Shown piece after piece: positions 1-12,124 of a stretch of 64,000 nucleotides of DNA. Below the pieces are notes generated by a model. It worked only from the letters and a program-made list of their open reading frames with translations. It had not been told where the DNA came from and made no database searches. The position numbers were made by a program, and so were the translations under genes. The stretch spans positions 1-64,000 of the forward strand of contig NIVC01001619.1 of assembly GCA_002269645.1 (NCBI GenBank), written 5' to 3'. Origin of the DNA: Macrostomum lignano. Taxonomy: Eukaryota. Numbering within the stretch: the stretch's first letter is position 1; every line of letters begins with the position of its first letter.

Positions 1-213
1 GTCCTATATACTAAAAATCTACTTCTATAGACCTAGATAATAACAATTAATGGGATCTTAGGATTTTACAAATCAAATCAAATTGCTTAGTGGCTTGTGC
101 GAGTAGCAAAAATAAATTATTGCTAATTAATAAAAAAATTTTACATTAATCAAAAATGTTCAAAATAGTCGAGGCAGAAGCTACTAATGAATGAATTTAT
201 TTAATTTACTTAT

Positions 214-294
214 CCGCTGGGAGGCGGACTCGAACCTTGGACCTTATGCCTAGCCTAAACCTAGTCCTAGTGCCTACACTGCGGCTATTCCGCC
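214..294 (-). mobile_element. tRNA-derived SINE head / tRNA-like pseudogene
   Basis: The reverse complement reads GGCGGAATAGCCGCAGTGTAGG...GGTTCGAGTCC (A-box- and B-box-like). No clean cloverleaf could be formed. Confidence 0.4.
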
Positions 295-1470
295 TACTGA
301 TCGGAGGGCGCAAAAATCAGCGATATATTCTTCGGCACTGCAGTCAATACATATATATGTATTATACATCAATTGTACATAGCAGTGATAGGCTGCTCAG
401 TTCATTAAGCTTATAAGCAGTTATGTGCAGGCAGAGCCAATGCACAATTGAGTGAAATCTATAAATAGCAATTGTCTATGCAGTCCGCCAGTCAGCCAGG
501 GTCAGAATGTACACACGCAGCCACTGAGCATTATTTTCCTCTCCCTTATTGCAGCCAGTATTGAGGCCTACACAGTGAACAGAGAAAAGTTGTGGCGCAA
601 TCTTAATTGGAATTGAAATTCAGTCAGTGAGATTTTGACCTTTTCTAGCCTCCCATTGAAAGCATTAAAAAAACTCGTTTTTCGAATATTTAACCAACTT
701 CTCATTCGTATTTTTCAATGCAATTACACCCACACAATCTCACAAGAATTTGCAATTGAATAAAGCAAGTTTGAAAAAAATCGGTTCAGGCATTCAGGCT
801 GTGGACTGAAATACCGGTCAGACAGACCTTAGAGATTTAGTATATTGTGATTTTAGACTCCCTCCTCCATTGAAATGATCGATTTCTATTTATACGTACA
901 GTACTTCTTCGCAATGTACATCGTTCGTCCTAACTACATGTACTCAGTTCTATTATACAATATAAAGGACCAACGCGTCAGTTTAGAAACGCTGTCTACA
1001 ACTTGCGGCTCAAGCAATTCAATCGCTTCGTCTCAATCTCAATTCATCACACTTTTACTGGGGGCACATGTCCCCCCTGTCCCCCCCGTTGGCGACGCCT
1101 CTGTTCGGGGAAGTTTGCGTGGCAGCGGGATGGGTACAGTTGGAATGCTAAAATTAAGTAGCAGTTAGTTCCAGTGGTCCTTGGATGCATGGGTATTAAC
1201 TAGGCAACTGTGGGCTCGGCGAACCTTAAGGCGTGTGGAATATTTGAGGACTACATGTAGGTGATGAAGGAGAGTTAGTTTATCACAAATTGCAATTTTA
1301 GACATCCCGATCAGCTACATGTAAATTGGGGTGGACCGCGGCGTTTGTTGCACTATATGAAAAGGTCGGGCTGTGGTCACTTACATCATGTACGTAGATG
1401 CTCACGCCATCACGCGTTTTTATATATTTCCTCATAATATTCCTCTTCATATCTTCATAGCTTAACCTAA

Positions 1471-1576
1471 CTTGACTTACTTGACTTAGCTGCAGGGGGC
1501 GTCCGGCGGATGCAGCGAGGTCAAACGGAGGAGACGCCCAAATTTCGCTAGCCCCTGGCGACCCAATGGCTCGCCG
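1471..1576 (-). mobile_element. Short 3' tail of a non-LTR retrotransposon (same family as 29739-30355)
   Basis: Flanked by the 13-bp direct repeat TAGCTTAACCTAA (1458-1470 and 1577-1589). The reverse complement ends CCCCCTGCAGCTAAGTCAAGTAAGTCAAG, matching the 3' end of the element at ~30325-30355. Confidence 0.7.
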
Positions 1577-3229
1577 TAGCTTAACCTAAAGTTTCCTAAA
1601 GTTTCGGGTATATTTATGATGATATTAAGAATATGGTATACTAATGGACTACTGGCAGCAAGGATGAATTTCAATTAAGCAAACTTAAGTAATCCCTATC
1701 GATAGGCATCTACATGTAGCTAACTTCAGTAAGTTCCTGTACACCAACTACGTCTTCATGCGGCCGTCCAACGCGCTGGATGTTGTGGCTGCGGCAGTTA
1801 AGTTCGCCTGGACGACCTGCAGAGGGTGAGCTCGATTTCATGGAAGCACTTACAGTGGTCCTTGCACCTCGTCCGATAGAAGAGTACAAAGCGTAGGGAG
1901 TACAGTAAATGCATGGATCGTACATAAATTTCCGCAGAAAAATTTAAAATCAGAGTCTACTATGTCGTATTTTAAGCTAATTAGTTGCACTCTAAGTTAT
2001 AAAACCTCTCGAAAAGAACTGCGAAGTTTCCGTTTTTGTTAATGTGCTAATAAATTTTCAACTATTTTAATATCCTTTAACTGAACTATACAGCCGTGTC
2101 ACAAACACGTAGCAGAATAGGACACGTTTTTTTCGGCTTCAGAAGCGGTCAATACATGTTTTGTGTACGAAAATGTATTAGTAAGATGTATCACCCGTGA
2201 CACAACGTAAGGCTCAAAAATACCTCTTCACAAGAGCCTTAACCTTTTTTTTTAGCCTTTTCCTTGAGAGCATTTTCCTTAAAGGCAGATAATACCCGTC
2301 GATAGGTATTTGTACCCATATTTTTATGCATTTTAAGGCTTCCGTGTACTCGCGTGTAGAAGTTGTCACGGGTGATGTTGGTAAACTGTATAATTCAAAT
2401 TCCATTCTAGCTAGCTATTAAAATAATTAGCCTGCGTCAGGATTAGCAAAAATTTAAAGGGCTAGTGACCAATGTAGCTAGTTCTAGTCTAGGAAGTTGC
2501 GCATCTTACCTAGCTATCTTATTCTTGGTCTAATCGGCTAGGCCTATGCTATGCTGTTCGACCTAAATATTAAATTTTACTACTATTGCCATTTTGTTAC
2601 AGATTTATTTAGGACCTACTGTTCTACCAATGTCAATGGCAATAGATTAAATTTAAAACTACCTAGGCAGCTAGGCCTAGTAATTTTGCATTTAGTAATA
2701 CAAAGCCTACTGTTTCACTGATTATTTTCTTCTATTGACTAGTAGCCCTAAATCTAAAATATTTTCTTTTCTTTTGTGTTATAAGGCCTAGCCTTTACCT
2801 TTATGTTATATTATTAAAATGTTCTTTTGACTTAATAATAGTATTAATAAGCATCTTTTTTCTTTCTTGGATGTAAAGTTAATTTGGTCCTTCTTTGATT
2901 TAATTTAATTAGCTTATATTTTATACAATTTACTAAGGCTATAGGAATGGAAGTATTATAATATTTATATTAATTTTTTCTAACAAATATTATAAATCTG
3001 TTTTATAAGCATCAAAAATGGAAATATAAAACAAGATAATATAGAGCACATTCTATATTGAAATATTATGCACATTTTTTAAATATTTTGATAAATAAGA
3101 TTTCTCCACAAAATTAAAAAATATTTTAGAAATTAGATTATAAACTTAAAGCCATAAACCATAGACTGGCAACTAGTTATTTACTACCATTATAAAGTAA
3201 GTCATGATATCTATCTAGTAGTCATGACC

Positions 3230-5240
3230 TTTTCTTCCTCTCTAACCTCTATCTATATCCTGTTCTTCTTTCTAGACCTATTTTCTTTTTGAAAAATTTA
3301 CCTCCTCTTCCTTCCAATATTACTCCTTTCTTTATTTTAGCCCCATCATGTCTTCCCCTTGAATCCTTATTCTCTCCTCTTCACTACCTACCTTCTCTTT
3401 TCTAGTTCTTACTTTCCTCATTTCTAGCCCTTACTCTCTTCTCCTCTCCAGCCTAACCCTCCTAGCCTCACCTCTTCCTCCAGCCCCACCTAAACCTCTT
3501 TGAACCTCTAGCCCCATCTTTTTTTCTTTCCAGCCCTATCCTCCTCCACTCTAGTCTCATCCTACCTTCCAGTCTTATCCTTCTTTCTAGCCTCACCCTC
3601 CTCCCTTTCAAGCCCTACCCTCCTTCCCTGCACCACCACCCTCCTTCTCTCCAGCCCTACCCTCCCTCCCTGCAACACTACCCTCCTTCCCTCCAGCCCT
3701 ATCCTCCCTCCCTGCTACCCTGCTTTCCTTCTAGCCCTACCTTTTTCCCCTACTACCCGCATTCCCCTCCAGCTTCCATCTTCTATCCTCTAGCCCAACC
3801 CTTCAGCCCTATCCTTCCTCTAACCCTACCCCCTTTCCCTCCAGCCCTACCCTCCTTCTCTGCAGCACCACCCTCCTACCCTCTAGCCCCACCCTCCTTC
3901 TCTCTAGCCCACCCTCCTTCCCTCTAGCCCACCCTCCTTCCCTCTAGCCCTACCCTCCTTCCCTCTAGCCCTACCCTCCTTTCCTCCAGCCCCACTCTCC
4001 TTCCCTCCAGCCCCACTCTCCTTCCCTCCAGCCCCACCCTCCTTCCCTCCAGCCCGACTCTCCTTCCCTCAAGCCCTGCCCTCTTCCCCTACTGCCCCAC
4101 GCTCCCCTCCAGCTTCCATCCTCTTCTACCCTCTAGCCCCACCCTCTTACCCTTCAGCCCCATCCTTCCCTCTAACCCTACCCCTTTCCCTCCAGCCCTA
4201 CCCTCCTTCCCTCCAGCCCTACCCTCCTTCCCTCCAGCCCCACTCTCCTTCCCTCCATCCCCACCCTCCTTCCCTCTAGCCCTGCCCTCCTCCTCGACTT
4301 TCCACCCTCCCTTCCAGCTTCCACCCTCTCCTCCCTCCAGGACCCACCCTCCCTCCTTCTAGCCCTACCCTCCTTCCCTCCAGCCCCACTCGCCTTCCCT
4401 CTAGCCCACCCTCCTTCCCTCTAGCCCTACCCTCCTTCCCTCCAGCCCCACTCTCCTTCCCTCCAGCCCCACCCTCCTTCCCTCCAGCCCGACACTCCTT
4501 CCCTCCAGCCCCACTCTCCTTCCCTCAAGCCCCGCCCTCTTCCTTTACTGCCCCACGCTCCCCTCCAGCTTCCATCCTCTTCCACCCTCTAGCCCCACCC
4601 TCTTACCCTTCCACCCCATCCTTCCCTCTAACCCTACCCCCTTTCCCTCCAGCCCCACTCGCCTTAGCTCCAGCCCCACCCTCCCTCCCTCTAGCCCTAC
4701 CCTCCTTCCCTCCAGCCACACCCTCCTTCCCTCCAGCCCTGCTCTCCTTTCCTCTAGCCCCACTCTCCTTCCCTCCAGCCCCACTCTCCTTCCCTCCAGC
4801 CCCACCCTCCTTCCCTCCAGCCACACCCTCCTTCCCTCCAGCCCTGCTCTCCTTTCCTCTAGCCCCACTCTCCTTCCCTCCAGCCCCACTCTCCTTCCCT
4901 CCAGCCCCACCCTCCTTCCCTCCAGCCCTACCCTCCTTCTCTGCAGCACCACCCTCCTTCCCTCCAGCCCGACTCTCCTTCCCTCAAGCCCCGCCCTCTT
5001 CCCTACTGCCCCACGCTCCCCTCCAGCTTCCATCCTCTTCTACCCTCTAGCCCCACCCTCTTACCCTTTAGCCCCATCCTTCCTTCCAGCACCACCGCCT
5101 TCTTTCCCCAACCCCAACCTCTCCTCCCCTCGAGTGCTCAGCCTCTCCTCCCCTCAAGTGCTCAGCCTCTCCTCCCCTCGAGTGCTCAGCCTCTCCTCCC
5201 CTCAAGTGCTCAGCCTCTCCTCCCCTCCAGCCTCACCCTC
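3230..5240 (+). repeat. Polypyrimidine minisatellite tract (~21-bp unit CCAGCCCCACCCTCCTTCCCT) ending in ~4 copies of a 24-bp unit
   Basis: Almost purely C/T with some A. Units become more degenerate leftwards. The 24-bp unit CCTCTCCTCCCCTC(A/G)AGTGCTCAG lies at ~5118-5225. Confidence 0.9.
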
Positions 5241-5551
5241 TCCTCCCCAGCATGAACATCTTCGCCCCTACTGGCCCACCCTTCGCCCCTGCAGTCCCCA
5301 CCCTATTCTCCTTTTCAGCCTCACCCTTTTTTCGTAGCTTTGTTAATTAAATTTAATTATCCGTTTTAGAAGTAAAAACGAATATTTCTCCTTCCTCTCT
5401 TCTGAATCTCCTCGATGGGGAGAAAAAGATAAGGCCAAGGCAAAACCTAACAATAGCAAACCAAGCAATGGAGACAATGCTACGGAGGGCCCTGCCAACA
5501 GGATGAGTACGGCTTTCTACTTCCTACCGAACAAACAGCCGCCAATCGGAG

Positions 5552-5990
5552 AAGCGGCTGTCACTCCTGGGTTACGCCGACGACCTGGCGCTGCCCGCCT
5601 CTACGGCTGAGGGAGCCCCAGCGCATGCTAGACAGCCTGGTGGCAGCTGCGGCATCGGTCGGGCATCAACACCGAGAAGACGAGGTGATGACTGTACCCG
5701 CGGAGCTGCCTATCAAAATCACCTGCTGGGACGCCCGACGGTTGTGCAGCAGCTCTACCTCGTTGCACCCTCGCTGCGACTACCCAGCGAGACCTTCCGC
5801 AGGCGAAGACTTCAGCTGGTGGGCCACACCATCCGCGTGGAGGCCTACTGTTCTCAACCATTGAACCAGTGCAGGACGTCCTGCTGCTCACGATGCAGGG
5901 CCCCTGGCGCCGGGATTACGGCCGGGCGGGTCGCTACGCGGATTGCCTGCTGGATGACGCTGGGTGATCGGCCAGGCGCACGCTGTTGTC
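5552..5990 (+). mobile_element. Degenerate non-LTR retrotransposon (RTE-like) reverse transcriptase fragment
   Basis: Translates KRLSLLGYADDLALPASTAEGA (YADD at 5573-5584). After frameshifts it gives QRMLDSLVAAAASVG...INTEKT.VMTVP and ETFRRRRLQLVGH. Multiple frameshifts. Confidence 0.8.
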
Positions 5991-6961
5991 GCTTTCAGAG
6001 AGTTAGCACTGAAAGAACTGATCTGACACTGCCTCCCATTGTGAACTGTTACTCTTAACTCAACCTTGCCTTGTTGTTTTCTCTTCAGAATAATTTGCCC
6101 AGCTGCAAACTGTGATGGTGCATATCTCGTACTCGCGATTAAAAAATCTTATACTTCTTACTGTTTCACTGATTTAATTCCGAACCAACCAGGAAAACAA
6201 ATTTATTTTTAATTCCGTGCATTTTTCTTGTGCTTTACTTTTACTGATCGGTGTTAGTGCTATTTATTGTGTGTAATATTATCGAAAAATTCAATTTCCG
6301 ATGTCATTATTTAGGAACTTCCGCTGTGCTGTATTAAAACTATATAGTACTTCCGCATGCACTGACGTAGCATTGCGCCAATAATTTTACATTGCGTGAC
6401 GCAGGCGCCTAAACCAATCTTTTGTTGAATGCTACTAGCATAATAATCCTTTGAAATACATTGTATTGCTATACTGCATTGCTTTTGATGATCTAAACGA
6501 GACTAGCTAGACTCCTCACTGATCCATACGAGTATGCTCCTCAGTCCTCAAGCGAACTACGAGTATATGGAAACGAGAGCAGATTGAGCTAGCAGCAAAC
6601 TTAGTATTTGATCTTCGGATCACGGATAGAATCAAGAAAATGTAGATCTGGCACTTACACAAAAGTCCTTGATTTAATGGAATACAGCAATTTTCAATCT
6701 GTCACTTTTTCAACTTCAACTTTTTTAAATTTGGATTGGCGCAAGTCTCCTTTACATCGTCAAAAGCAATACTGGTTCCAATCCAAGAGAATGATTTGTT
6801 GATAACTGTATTTCACTCTTTGAGCTGAACGCTGTGTTTGACCATTATTTTGTTGGTGTACAGCGTGCAACAGATCGCATGAATTGGTAAATTTCCTTTC
6901 ATGCGCTCCTTTCATCCTATAATTCTGGTAGGGGGCGCTGCTGTTGCAAAGAGCGGCGGTG

Positions 6962-9931
6962 GATAGCGGAGCTGTTGCAGGAGCTGCGGCAGATAGCGGA
7001 GCTGTTGCAGGAGCTGCGGCAGATAGCGGAGCTGTTGCAGGAGCTGCGGCAGATAGCGGAGCTGTTGCAGGAGCTGCGGCAGATAGCGGAGCTGTTGCAG
7101 GAGCTGCGGCAGATAGCGGAGCTGTTGCAGGAGCTGCGGCAGATAGCGGAGCTGTTGCAGGAGCTGCGGCAGATAGCGGAGCTGTTGCAGGAGCTGCGGC
7201 AGATAGCGGAGCTGTTGCAGGAGCTGCGGCAGATAGCGGAGCTGTTGCAGGAGCTGCGGCAGATAGCGGAGCTGTTGCAGGAGCTGCGGCAGATAGCGGA
7301 GCTGTTGCAGGAGCTGCGGCAGATAGCGGAGCTGTTGCAGGAGCTGCGGCAGATAGCGGAGCTGTTGCAGGAGCTGCGGCAGATAGCGGAGCTGTTGCAG
7401 GAGCTGCGGCAGATAGCGGAGCTGTTGCAGGAGCTGCGGCAGATAGCGGAGCTGTTGCAGGAGCTGCGGCAGATAGCGGAGCTGTTGCAGGAGCTGCGGC
7501 AGATAGCGGAGCTGTTGCAGGAGCTGCGGCAGATAGCGGAGCTGTTGCAGGAGCTGCGGCAGATAGCGGAGCTGTTGCAGGAGCTGCGGCAGATAGCGGA
7601 GCTGTTGCAGGAGCTGCGGCAGATAGCGGAGCTGTTGCAGGAGCTGCGGCAGATAGCGGAGCTGTTGCAGGAGCTGCGGCAGATAGCGGAGCTGTTGCAG
7701 GAGCTGCGGCAGATAGCGGAGCTGTTGCAGGAGCTGCGGCAGATAGCGGAGCTGTTGCAGGAGCTGCGGCAGATAGCGGAGCTGTTGCAGGAGCTGCGGC
7801 AGATAGCGGAGCTGTTGCAGGAGCTGCGGCAGATAGCGGAGCTGTTGCAGGAGCTGCGGCAGATAGCGGAGCTGTTGCAGGAGCTGCGGCAGATAGCGGA
7901 GCTGTTGCAGGAGCTGCGGCAGATAGCGGAGCTGTTGCAGGAGCTGCGGCAGATAGCGGAGCTGTTGCAGGAGCTGCGGCAGATAGCGGAGCTGTTGCAG
8001 GAGCTGCGGCAGATAGCGGAGCTGTTGCAGGAGCTGCGGCAGATAGCGGAGCTGTTGCAGGAGCTGCGGCAGATAGCGGAGCTGTTGCAGGAGCTGCGGC
8101 AGATAGCGGAGCTGTTGCAGGAGCTGCGGCAGATAGCGGAGCTGTTGCAGGAGCTGCGGCAGATAGCGGAGCTGTTGCAGGAGCTGCGGCAGATAGCGGA
8201 GCTGTTGCAGGAGCTGCGGCAGATAGCGGAGCTGTTGCAGGAGCTGCGGCAGATAGCGGAGCTGTTGCAGGAGCTGCGGCAGATAGCGGAGCTGTTGCAG
8301 GAGCTGCGGCAGATAGCGGAGCTGTTGCAGGAGCTGCGGCAGATAGCGGAGCTGTTGCAGGAGCTGCGGCAGATAGCGGAGCTGTTGCAGGAGCTGCGGC
8401 AGATAGCGGAGCTGTTGCAGGAGCTGCGGCAGATAGCGGAGCTGTTGCAGGAGCTGCGGCAGATAGCGGAGCTGTTGCAGGAGCTGCGGCAGATAGCGGA
8501 GCTGTTGCAGGAGCTGCGGCAGATAGCGGAGCTGTTGCAGGAGCTGCGGCAGATAGCGGAGCTGTTGCAGGAGCTGCGGCAGATAGCGGAGCTGTTGCAG
8601 GAGCTGCGGCAGATAGCGGAGCTGTTGCAGGAGCTGCGGCAGATAGCGGAGCTGTTGCAGGAGCTGCGGCAGATAGCGGAGCTGTTGCAGGAGCTGCGGC
8701 AGATAGCGGAGCTGTTGCAGGAGCTGCGGCAGATAGCGGAGCTGTTGCAGGAGCTGCGGCAGATAGCGGAGCTGTTGCAGGAGCTGCGGCAGATAGCGGA
8801 GCTGTTGCAGGAGCTGCGGCAGATAGCGGAGCTGTTGCAGGAGCTGCGGCAGATAGCGGAGCTGTTGCAGGAGCTGCGGCAGATAGCGGAGCTGTTGCAG
8901 GAGCTGCGGCAGATAGCGGAGCTGTTGCAGGAGCTGCGGCAGATAGCGGAGCTGTTGCAGGAGCTGCGGCAGATAGCGGAGCTGTTGCAGGAGCTGCGGC
9001 AGATAGCGGAGCTGTTGCAGGAGCTGCGGCAGATAGCGGAGCTGTTGCAGGAGCTGCGGCAGATAGCGGAGCTGTTGCAGGAGCTGCGGCAGATAGCGGA
9101 GCTGTTGCAGGAGCTGCGGCAGATAGCGGAGCTGTTGCAGGAGCTGCGGCAGATAGCGGAGCTGTTGCAGGAGCTGCGGCAGATAGCGGAGCTGTTGCAG
9201 GAGCTGCGGCAGATAGCGGAGCTGTTGCAGGAGCTGCGGCAGATAGCGGAGCTGTTGCAGGAGCTGCGGCAGATAGCGGAGCTGTTGCAGGAGCTGCGGC
9301 AGATAGCGGAGCTGTTGCAGGAGCTGCGGCAGATAGCGGAGCTGTTGCAGGAGCTGCGGCAGATAGCGGAGCTGTTGCAGGAGCTGCGGCAGATAGCGGA
9401 GCTGTTGCAGGAGCTGCGGCAGATAGCGGAGCTGTTGCAGGAGCTGCGGCAGATAGCGGAGCTGTTGCAGGAGCTGCGGCAGATAGCGGAGCTGTTGCAG
9501 GAGCTGCGGCAGATAGCGGAGCTGTTGCAGGAGCTGCGGCAGATAGCGGAGCTGTTGCAGGAGCTGCGGCAGATAGCGGAGCTGTTGCAGGAGCTGCGGC
9601 AGATAGCGGAGCTGTTGCAGGAGCTGCGGCAGATAGCGGAGCTGTTGCAGGAGCTGCGGCAGATAGCGGAGCTGTTGCAGGAGCTGCGGCAGATAGCGGA
9701 GCTGTTGCAGGAGCTGCGGCAGATAGCGGAGCTGTTGCAGGAGCTGCGGCAGATAGCGGAGCTGTTGCAGGAGCTGCGGCAGATAGCGGAGCTGTTGCAG
9801 GAGCTGCGGCAGATAGCGGAGCTGTTGCAGGAGCTGCGGCAGATAGCGGAGCTGTTACAGGAGCTGCGGCAGATAGCGGAGCTGTTGCAGGAGCTGCGGC
9901 AGATAGCGGAGCTGTTACAGGAGCTGCGGCA
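6962..9931 (+). repeat. 30-bp minisatellite, 99 units (GATAGCGGAGCTGTTGCAGGAGCTGCGGCA)
   Basis: 2970 bp of near-identical units. Only 2 units carry the GTTACAG variant, both at the inner end. Confidence 0.97.
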
Positions 9932-10185
9932 GATAGCAGATTTACTTTGCAAAAATATTCGCCTTTAAAATTGCATACAGTGTTTGAAAAAATCAATTGT
10001 GGAGTTTTAGATGCTTGAATCAATTTTGCTTAAGCCAGTGGCGTTTGCCGTACATGCCGTTCAATCTTTTTGTACATAAGGCCAAGCATAATTCTCAAAT
10101 GGTAGATTTATCGCTTGGTTTCAAGTGCGTTAAGTCCTGTCACGAGTGCGCATAGCCGAGCATAGCTGAGAACAACATTCGCACC

Positions 10186-10323
10186 ATGGACTGGCCAGCA
10201 CAGTCACCAGACCTCAATCCGATATAGAATATATGGAACTGGGTCGAGTGGGACATCCAGAGGCAGCAGCCAGCTTCCCTTGATCAGCTGTACCGTATCC
10301 TTGAGGACTTGTGGTCTGGAGAC
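10186..10323 (+). mobile_element. Tc1/mariner transposase C-terminal remnant
   Basis: Translates MDWPAQSPDLNPI*NIWNWVEWDIQRQQPASLDQLYRILEDLW. This is the Tc1 WPxxSPDLNPIENxW motif with the catalytic Glu codon changed to TAG. Confidence 0.85.
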
Positions 10324-10661
10324 TAAATAAATTAAAAAAATGGCACATCGTCGTGACTCGAACGCCGGACTCGTTTGAGTCAAAATGTTATTGAACTACA
10401 ATATATATGTATGCTAATGTAGCTGTACTGTACATACTGCATACCGTTTATGGCTAATAAAAAGCACATCTCACACGCACATGTACTCAATTTATCATAA
10501 TTAACTTCAGCATTTACATGTTTAGCAGCCATGCAAAACAACAAAAAGCTTCTGCAGCCTGCCACTTCTACTCTTCGCTCCCGCCCTGCCGGCCATGCTC
10601 CACTATCTACCACCGCTGCAGCTCCTTGCAACAGCTCTGCTATCTTCCACCGCTCCTGCAC

Positions 10662-11000
10662 ATGCCCCGGAACCCAGTGAAGAGTAAATTCGTTGGTGGA
10701 ACCCAACATGTCAAGGAATGTTTTAGAATTGACGCTGCAGCCACAGATGCCATGCCAAGTCTACAAGGCCGGTTTCGGTTATGCTCTTACCGGTTACGCC
10801 AGTGGCGAGAAGCTCTGCAGTGCAGGAGCTGATGGCGAGAACTAATTCATTTTGGAAAACACTGGAGTTGACCTCAGTGTACTGAGCGTTGGTTGCGAAA
10901 CCCTCCCGTTCAGAAAGATCCCAACATCAAAGCCGGTGTTGATTGACTGCTTTGAACCGTCAGTGCAGGTAGCAGTGGAGCTCACCCAGGGTTCCAGCAG
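10662..11000 (-). mobile_element. Non-LTR retrotransposon RNase H domain remnant
   Basis: Minus-strand translation, with frameshifts, gives CTDGSK (10950-10967), SVFQNELVLAISSC...GKSI and FTLHWVPGH (WVPGH at 10662-10676), the motif order of LINE-type RNase H. Confidence 0.75.
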
Positions 11001-12124
11001 TGGTCATTGAGGATATATCGCGTGATACGATAGCTACGGGAGTGTAGCGTTATCTCAGATTGGCAATTCCTTCGGTGGAGACGCGATTGGACTGGCACTC
11101 ATTGAGAATGTTGGGGCACAGGTCATTATCTGGAACAAGGTTCCGTTGGTGCTGTTATGTAGAGAAATTTGACGCCGGCATCTAAATGTAGCTAGTAGAC
11201 CTTTCTTACATCTTGTCAGGTCCTTCAGGTCAGGTCATGGCTGTATGTGCGCAGAAGCAAGCTTCCAAAAGAGGCCCAAATAAAGAACGATCTTCTCGCT
11301 TTGTCCCTTCAATTCAGCTGGTCTTCTCGAGTTACTGAGCGCAAATATTCTTGTCAACTCCACCAGTACAGCTTCTTCTTAGCCAGCTCCATCAATCTCC
11401 GGTAATCCAAAAGTCTATTTGAATTGTTTGCCTGTGATCTTCGTCAAAAAATCGCCGGAGACAGCCAGTGCTCATCAACCAGCGCCGTCACTCCATGCCA
11501 GTCTAAAGCCTTAGTCGATCTGTAGTGGTTAGAGACATTTTCAGCTCTTGTCGTCCTTCTCGTCACCTCTTCTTCCTGGACCAACTCAAAATTTTAGTCC
11601 CCACTCTTCGTCTCTTTACATGTATATCTCTTATAGTCTTATGGTAAAACTCCAGCTTCCTGTGAGAACTCCATGCAGACAAGCTGTTTTCCCTTTCCTT
11701 AGCAGTATGGTAAGTTCCAATTCCTCTAAATGTCTATACGCTTGTCTAAATCAGAAAACAGCTTCGCAAATAAATTTCTTAATTGGTTATTCGTTTTTAA
11801 GATTCCTTAATTCGTGCGTAAAGATTACTGGATCAAGTGCGCTACTGGTCATGGAGCCTCATCAATGGCTAATAAAACTCCACACAGGCGAGGAGGCTAT
11901 GCGCACTCGTGACAGGACTTAACGCACTTGAAACCAAGCGATAAATCTACCATTTGAGAATTATGCTTGGCCTTATGTACAAAAAGATTGAACGGCATGT
12001 ACGGCAAACGCCACTGGCTTAAGCAAAATTGATTCAAGCATCTAAAACTCCACAATTGATTTTTTCAAACACTGTATGCAATTTTAAAGGCGAATATTTT
12101 TGGGATACGAGTAAATCTGCTATC

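Larger units (their letters stand above)
2090..10157 (+). repeat. Left arm of giant inverted repeat
   Basis: Reverse complement of 11895-18533. Mirrored ORFs are identical (2214-2405 vs 18218-18409, 5625-5864 vs 14782-15021, 6608-6802 vs 13844-14038). Confidence 0.95.

Noticed and set aside
600-850. Possible Helitron-like 3' end (CAGACAGAC..GAGATTTAGTATAT)
   Set aside because: Only a vague resemblance; no clear subterminal hairpin or CTRR end was confirmed.
6962-9931. CRISPR-like array
   Set aside because: The units are contiguous with no unique spacers, there are no cas genes, and the context is eukaryotic.
11200-11890. Degraded reading frames in the palindrome spacer (e.g. LSAWSSHRKLEFYHKTI on the minus strand)
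   Set aside because: Possibly another LINE C-terminal remnant, but there are too many stops to assign a family without a database search.
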